Assembly: GCA_963663545.1 (NCBI GenBank)
Contig: OY760505.1
Location: 320,001 to 384,000, forward strand
Reading direction: 5' to 3'
Source: Candidatus Delongbacteria bacterium
Lineage (GTDB): Bacteria > CAIWAD01
Length of the DNA: 64,000 nucleotides
Shown: in pieces, positions 60,759 to 64,000 of the stretch
Layout of the letters: the number at the start of each line of letters is the position of its first letter
How positions within the stretch are numbered: position 1 is the first letter of the stretch
Notes under the pieces: model-generated
The model's database searches: none
The model's input: only the letters and a program-made list of their open reading frames with translations
Told to the model about the DNA's origin: nothing
Translations under genes and position numbers: made by a program

Positions 60759-61152
60759 GTTCTGACGCAGGGGAATTGAAGTAATCACTTTAAATAACAA
60801 CAGCTTGTTACGAAGTGAATTGATCCAAATCTGGAAAAGTGTTCAATCCGCCTGAAACAGAACAAGTATTCTGTTTGGTAGCCCCCAAAGCCAGCTGACC
60901 GCAGCGTGGCACGCGGGGCACGTGTGCTTGTAAAGCATGTGCATTGAACGCTACCCTATCTGTAGAAAGCTGCAGATGGCGCGGAATCTGTGCTGGCTGG
61001 CGTAAGTGTTGCCCCCTGACTGCATTTCCTCCAGCCTGAGGTCTTCCACGATGCCAGCGCAATGGCACAATCTGCATCAGAAGAGTTGCAGCAGGCAAAT
61101 CGAGCAATCTTCCTATCTTGATGAAGTTCGCGTTGTGATACATGGAGATGTC

Positions 61153-62118
61153 GTGCAAGCCATTCCTCCGCTTTTCCCGCTTGATGATTGGAAGGATAGC
61201 CGCTACCGTCGCGATTTCCCGCGCGTCCCCGAATTAGTCAACGAGCTGCCCGACGGCCTGCGCAACCGCATCTTCGCGGGCGACTGTGCAGAGCTGTTCG
61301 CCCGGCTTCCCGACAACAGCATCGACCTGATCCTCACCGACCCGCCTTACAAGGACTACCAGTCCAACCGGCCCGTAGCGCGCGAAAAGGTGAAGAAGAT
61401 CCACGTCAATACCTTTGACCTGGGGCTCTTCATTCGCGAATCCAACCGTGTATTAAAGCCGGGCGCGCACTTCTACTGCTGGTGCGATCATCTGACCTTC
61501 GCGGGTATTTATGAGGAGCTGCGCGCACTGACAGCTGGCCTCACCTCCAAGGAAGCGCGCAACCATCTGCACTACAAGAACATGCTGGTCTGGGTCAAGA
61601 ACAACCACGGCTCAGGCGACCTGAAGGGCAATTATGCGCCGCAGCACGAGGTCGTGATCTACGGAGCCAAGGGCGCGACGCGGCCCCTGATCGGTAGTCG
61701 CCCCACCAACGTCTTCTTCGATCGCGACGAGCAAGGCAACATCAGCTTCTATAGCAAGGTCAGCAACTACCGTTTTCAGCACGGCACCAGCAAGCCGCTG
61801 GCCATTCTGCGGCAGATGATCCTGAAGAGCACGCATTTGGGCGAAGTGGTGCTGGACCCCTACGGCGGCAGCATGTCCACCGCCGAGGCCGCCATGGAAG
61901 AGGGCCGCGCGTTTATCATGGGCGAACTGGACGGCGATCACTGTCGACGCGGGCTGGAACGTTTGCAGGAAGTACGCGAGCGTCTGTTGGCAGGTGGGCA
62001 TCCAGACCGCTTTCCGGGGCTTGAGCTGATTGAGATGGATCAGCCAGTCGAAACACATCCACTGCTGTTCGCACCGGATGAAATTGCCGCTCAACCCATT
62101 CAGATTCCTAGCGCATAG
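61153..62118 (+). CDS. Orphan N4-C/N6-A DNA methyltransferase, beta class (start uncertain; ORF open from 61006)
   Basis: IDLILTDPPY, RVLKPG, H.T.KP, VVLDPYGGS; GGAG before GTG at 61153. Confidence 0.85.
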   Translation: MQAIPPLFPLDDWKDSRYRRDFPRVPELVNELPDGLRNRIFAGDCAELFARLPDNSIDLILTDPPYKDYQSNRPVAREKVKKIHVNTFDLGLFIRESNRVLKPGAHFYCWCDHLTFAGIYEELRALTAGLTSKEARNHLHYKNMLVWVKNNHGSGDLKGNYAPQHEVVIYGAKGATRPLIGSRPTNVFFDRDEQGNISFYSKVSNYRFQHGTSKPLAILRQMILKSTHLGEVVLDPYGGSMSTAEAAMEEGRAFIMGELDGDHCRRGLERLQEVRERLLAGGHPDRFPGLELIEMDQPVETHPLLFAPDEIAAQPIQIPSA

Positions 62119-62184
62119 TGAGCTACCGGCAAAGCTAAAGGTTGGCAGGCTGGACAGATCCGGCGTTGAGGTGCCAGAGGGGGG

Positions 62185-63534
62185 TCAGACACTGCTCTGA
62201 CACGGGTCAGACACCAACTCCCCCAAAACCACTTCGCCCTCCACCCGCATCAGCCGCACATTCCACACGCACCCTGCTACTTCCGCTACGTTCTCCGGTG
62301 ATACATTCACCTTCACTCGAAGATAGTTGGAAGTGAAGCCACTCAGTGCCCCATCTCGAAAGTCGCGCTCCAGCAGCACGCGCTGGGTCGATCCCAGCCA
62401 ACGCTGCTGCCAGTCCGCCTTTTTCTTCCTGCCCAACTCCAGCAGCTGATTCGCGCGCTCCTTGCGTATCACGCGAGGTACGACTTCGCTCATCTCGACA
62501 GCGCGAGTTCCCTTGCGCTCGCTGTAGGGAAACACATGCAGATTGGAAAAGGGCACACGTTGAATCATGTCCACCGTGGCGGCGAAATCCGCATCGTTCT
62601 CGCCGGGGAAACCTGTCATGACATCGGTGCCCAGACCGATGTGCGGAATGCGTGAACCAATCTCCTCGAAGAGATCCAGCAGACCCCGCCGCGTGATACG
62701 CCGCCTCATGCGCTTCAGCACACGCGCGCTGCCCGATTGGATGGCCGTGTGCAGGTGAGCGCACAGACGCGGCTCCCCGGCCATCAACTCAATCAGCTCG
62801 TGTGATACATCCCAGGGTTCAATGGACGACAACCGTAGGCGCTTCAGATCCGGCAGCTGCAGCAGGCACTTGCAGAGCTCCGTCAGCGTGATCCCCCCAG
62901 GCAGGTCGCGGCCATAGTCGCCAATGTGTACGCCCGTCAACACGAGCTCCGGATGTCCTGCCGCCACAAGGCGACTCGCCTGCGCCAGGACCTCGCCCGG
63001 AATCAGACTGCGGCTGCGCCCTCGTGTCAGCGGCACAATGCAGTAACTGCAGAAAACATCGCAGCCGTCCTGCACTTTGAGAAAAGCACGCGTCTGCTTG
63101 TGAAAGGCGCCAACAGGCAACAGCCTGCGCTCTTCACGGCTGGCGCTGGGACCGACGATCACTTGCGCCTGCGCTTGTTTGCCGTGATACAATCCAAGAT
63201 GCTCAAGCAGTTGGCCCTTCTCCAGATTGCCCAGCACCAGATCCACACCCTCAATGGCAGCGATCTCTTCTGCAGCCACCTGGCAGTAACAGCCCGTCAC
63301 GACCATCATCGCCTCGGGATACCTGCGCAGCGCGGCGCGTATCACCTGACGCGCTTTCTGATCTGCGCGATCCGTGACGGTGCACGTGTCCACCAGCAGC
63401 AGCTCGGCCTCTGTGTGCCAAGGCACAATCTCCCAACCGGCCCGGCTGAGCTGTTCCAACATGGCTTCCGTCTCGTAGGTGTTGAGCTTGCAGCCTAGGC
63501 TATAGGCGCTCGCTCGCAGCACAGGCGCACTCAT
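62185..63534 (-). CDS. mtaB: tRNA t6A37 methylthiotransferase
   Basis: LGCKLNTYE, TCTVT, VVTGCY, KVQDGCDVFCSYC radical-SAM motif, RLSSIEP, HVFPYSERKGT. Confidence 0.92.
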   Translation of the reverse strand: MSAPVLRASAYSLGCKLNTYETEAMLEQLSRAGWEIVPWHTEAELLLVDTCTVTDRADQKARQVIRAALRRYPEAMMVVTGCYCQVAAEEIAAIEGVDLVLGNLEKGQLLEHLGLYHGKQAQAQVIVGPSASREERRLLPVGAFHKQTRAFLKVQDGCDVFCSYCIVPLTRGRSRSLIPGEVLAQASRLVAAGHPELVLTGVHIGDYGRDLPGGITLTELCKCLLQLPDLKRLRLSSIEPWDVSHELIELMAGEPRLCAHLHTAIQSGSARVLKRMRRRITRRGLLDLFEEIGSRIPHIGLGTDVMTGFPGENDADFAATVDMIQRVPFSNLHVFPYSERKGTRAVEMSEVVPRVIRKERANQLLELGRKKKADWQQRWLGSTQRVLLERDFRDGALSGFTSNYLRVKVNVSPENVAEVAGCVWNVRLMRVEGEVVLGELVSDPCQSSV

Positions 63535-63545
63535 GGCAGCTCCAG

Positions 63546-63577
63546 AAAAAAGCCGGCCCGCAGAGAGCGGACCGGCT
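63546..63577 (-). terminator. Intrinsic terminator after rpsA
   Basis: agccggtccgc-tctct-gcgggccggc followed by tttttt. Confidence 0.7.
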
Positions 63578-63602
63578 GGATCACATGATTGTGCGACGGG
63601 GA

Positions 63603-64000
63603 CTATTCCTCGTCGTCACTCATCAGACCGGCCTTGCGCAGAGCGTCGCCCATGGCACCGCCAGCACCACTGCCACTATTGCTGGCGGCGGGCGCAGACT
63701 GGTTCTTGCGGGAGTATTCGGCCACGGCCTGGGTCTCGTCGTTCAGACGCGGCGGAGTGGCCAGAATGACCTTCTTGTTGTTGCGATCGTACTCGATGAT
63801 TTTGAAGGTCGAGGTCTCGCCCTCATTGAACTGGACCTTGTTGCCCTCGTCATCGGTCTGACGCAGCTTACTGTTGGGAACGAAGCCTTCGAGGCCGTGC
63901 GGCAGGGTCACAACAAGACCCTTGTCGATAACCTTGGTGATCTCGCACTCGGCCATGCTGCCCACGTTGTACTCGCCTTCGAACTTCTCCCAGGGATTCT
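63603..64000 (-). CDS. rpsA: 30S ribosomal protein S1, C-terminal part (runs off the window)
   Basis: NPWEKF..Y.VG, GLEGFVP S1 repeat and AMGDAL tail. Confidence 0.85.
   Translation of the reverse strand, partial: NPWEKFEGEYNVGSMAECEITKVIDKGLVVTLPHGLEGFVPNSKLRQTDDEGNKVQFNEGETSTFKIIEYDRNNKKVILATPPRLNDETQAVAEYSRKNQSAPAASNSGSGAGGAMGDALRKAGLMSDDEE

Noticed and set aside
43400-61150. A complete DGR cassette (reverse transcriptase, Avd, template repeat)
   Set aside because: I found no RT motifs in the ORFs and no AAC-rich non-coding copy of the variable region in the intergenic gaps; only target-like genes are supported

Overview
GC-rich bacterial chromosome segment, probably from an FCB-group lineage; this is inferred from the many secreted proteins ending in a 'YPNPFNP...LASGxY...KxxLLK' T9SS-type/FlgD-like C-terminal domain (CTD). 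In order it holds: (1) the end of a DinB-like gene, dnaE2 and an acyl-CoA synthetase; (2) two tandem gingipain-like C25 proteases; (3) a ~5.8 kb two-gene secreted-protein unit duplicated in tandem and bracketed by three copies of the tgt 3' end; (4) tgt, an ATL protein, an M4/M36-like protease, trpF, a SPOR lipoprotein and a complete moxR-DUF58-bat operon; (5) a ~17 kb array of nine FGE-sulfatase/C-type-lectin-fold paralogs plus one remnant; (6) an orphan DNA methyltransferase, mtaB and the end of rpsA. The best candidate for an undescribed system is the array. Four near-identical small CTD 'adaptor' genes each precede a lectin-fold gene. The adaptor begins with what looks like an orphan beta-strand, and the partner's N-terminal Ig/FN3-like domain appears to lack its last strand, suggesting donor-strand docking. 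The partners' C-terminal loops carry a DGR-type codon position 1/2 variation pattern, although no reverse transcriptase or template repeat is in this window. Most units have a sigma-54 promoter. The 7-mer GTGAYAC is also strongly over-represented. All alignments and counts were done by eye.
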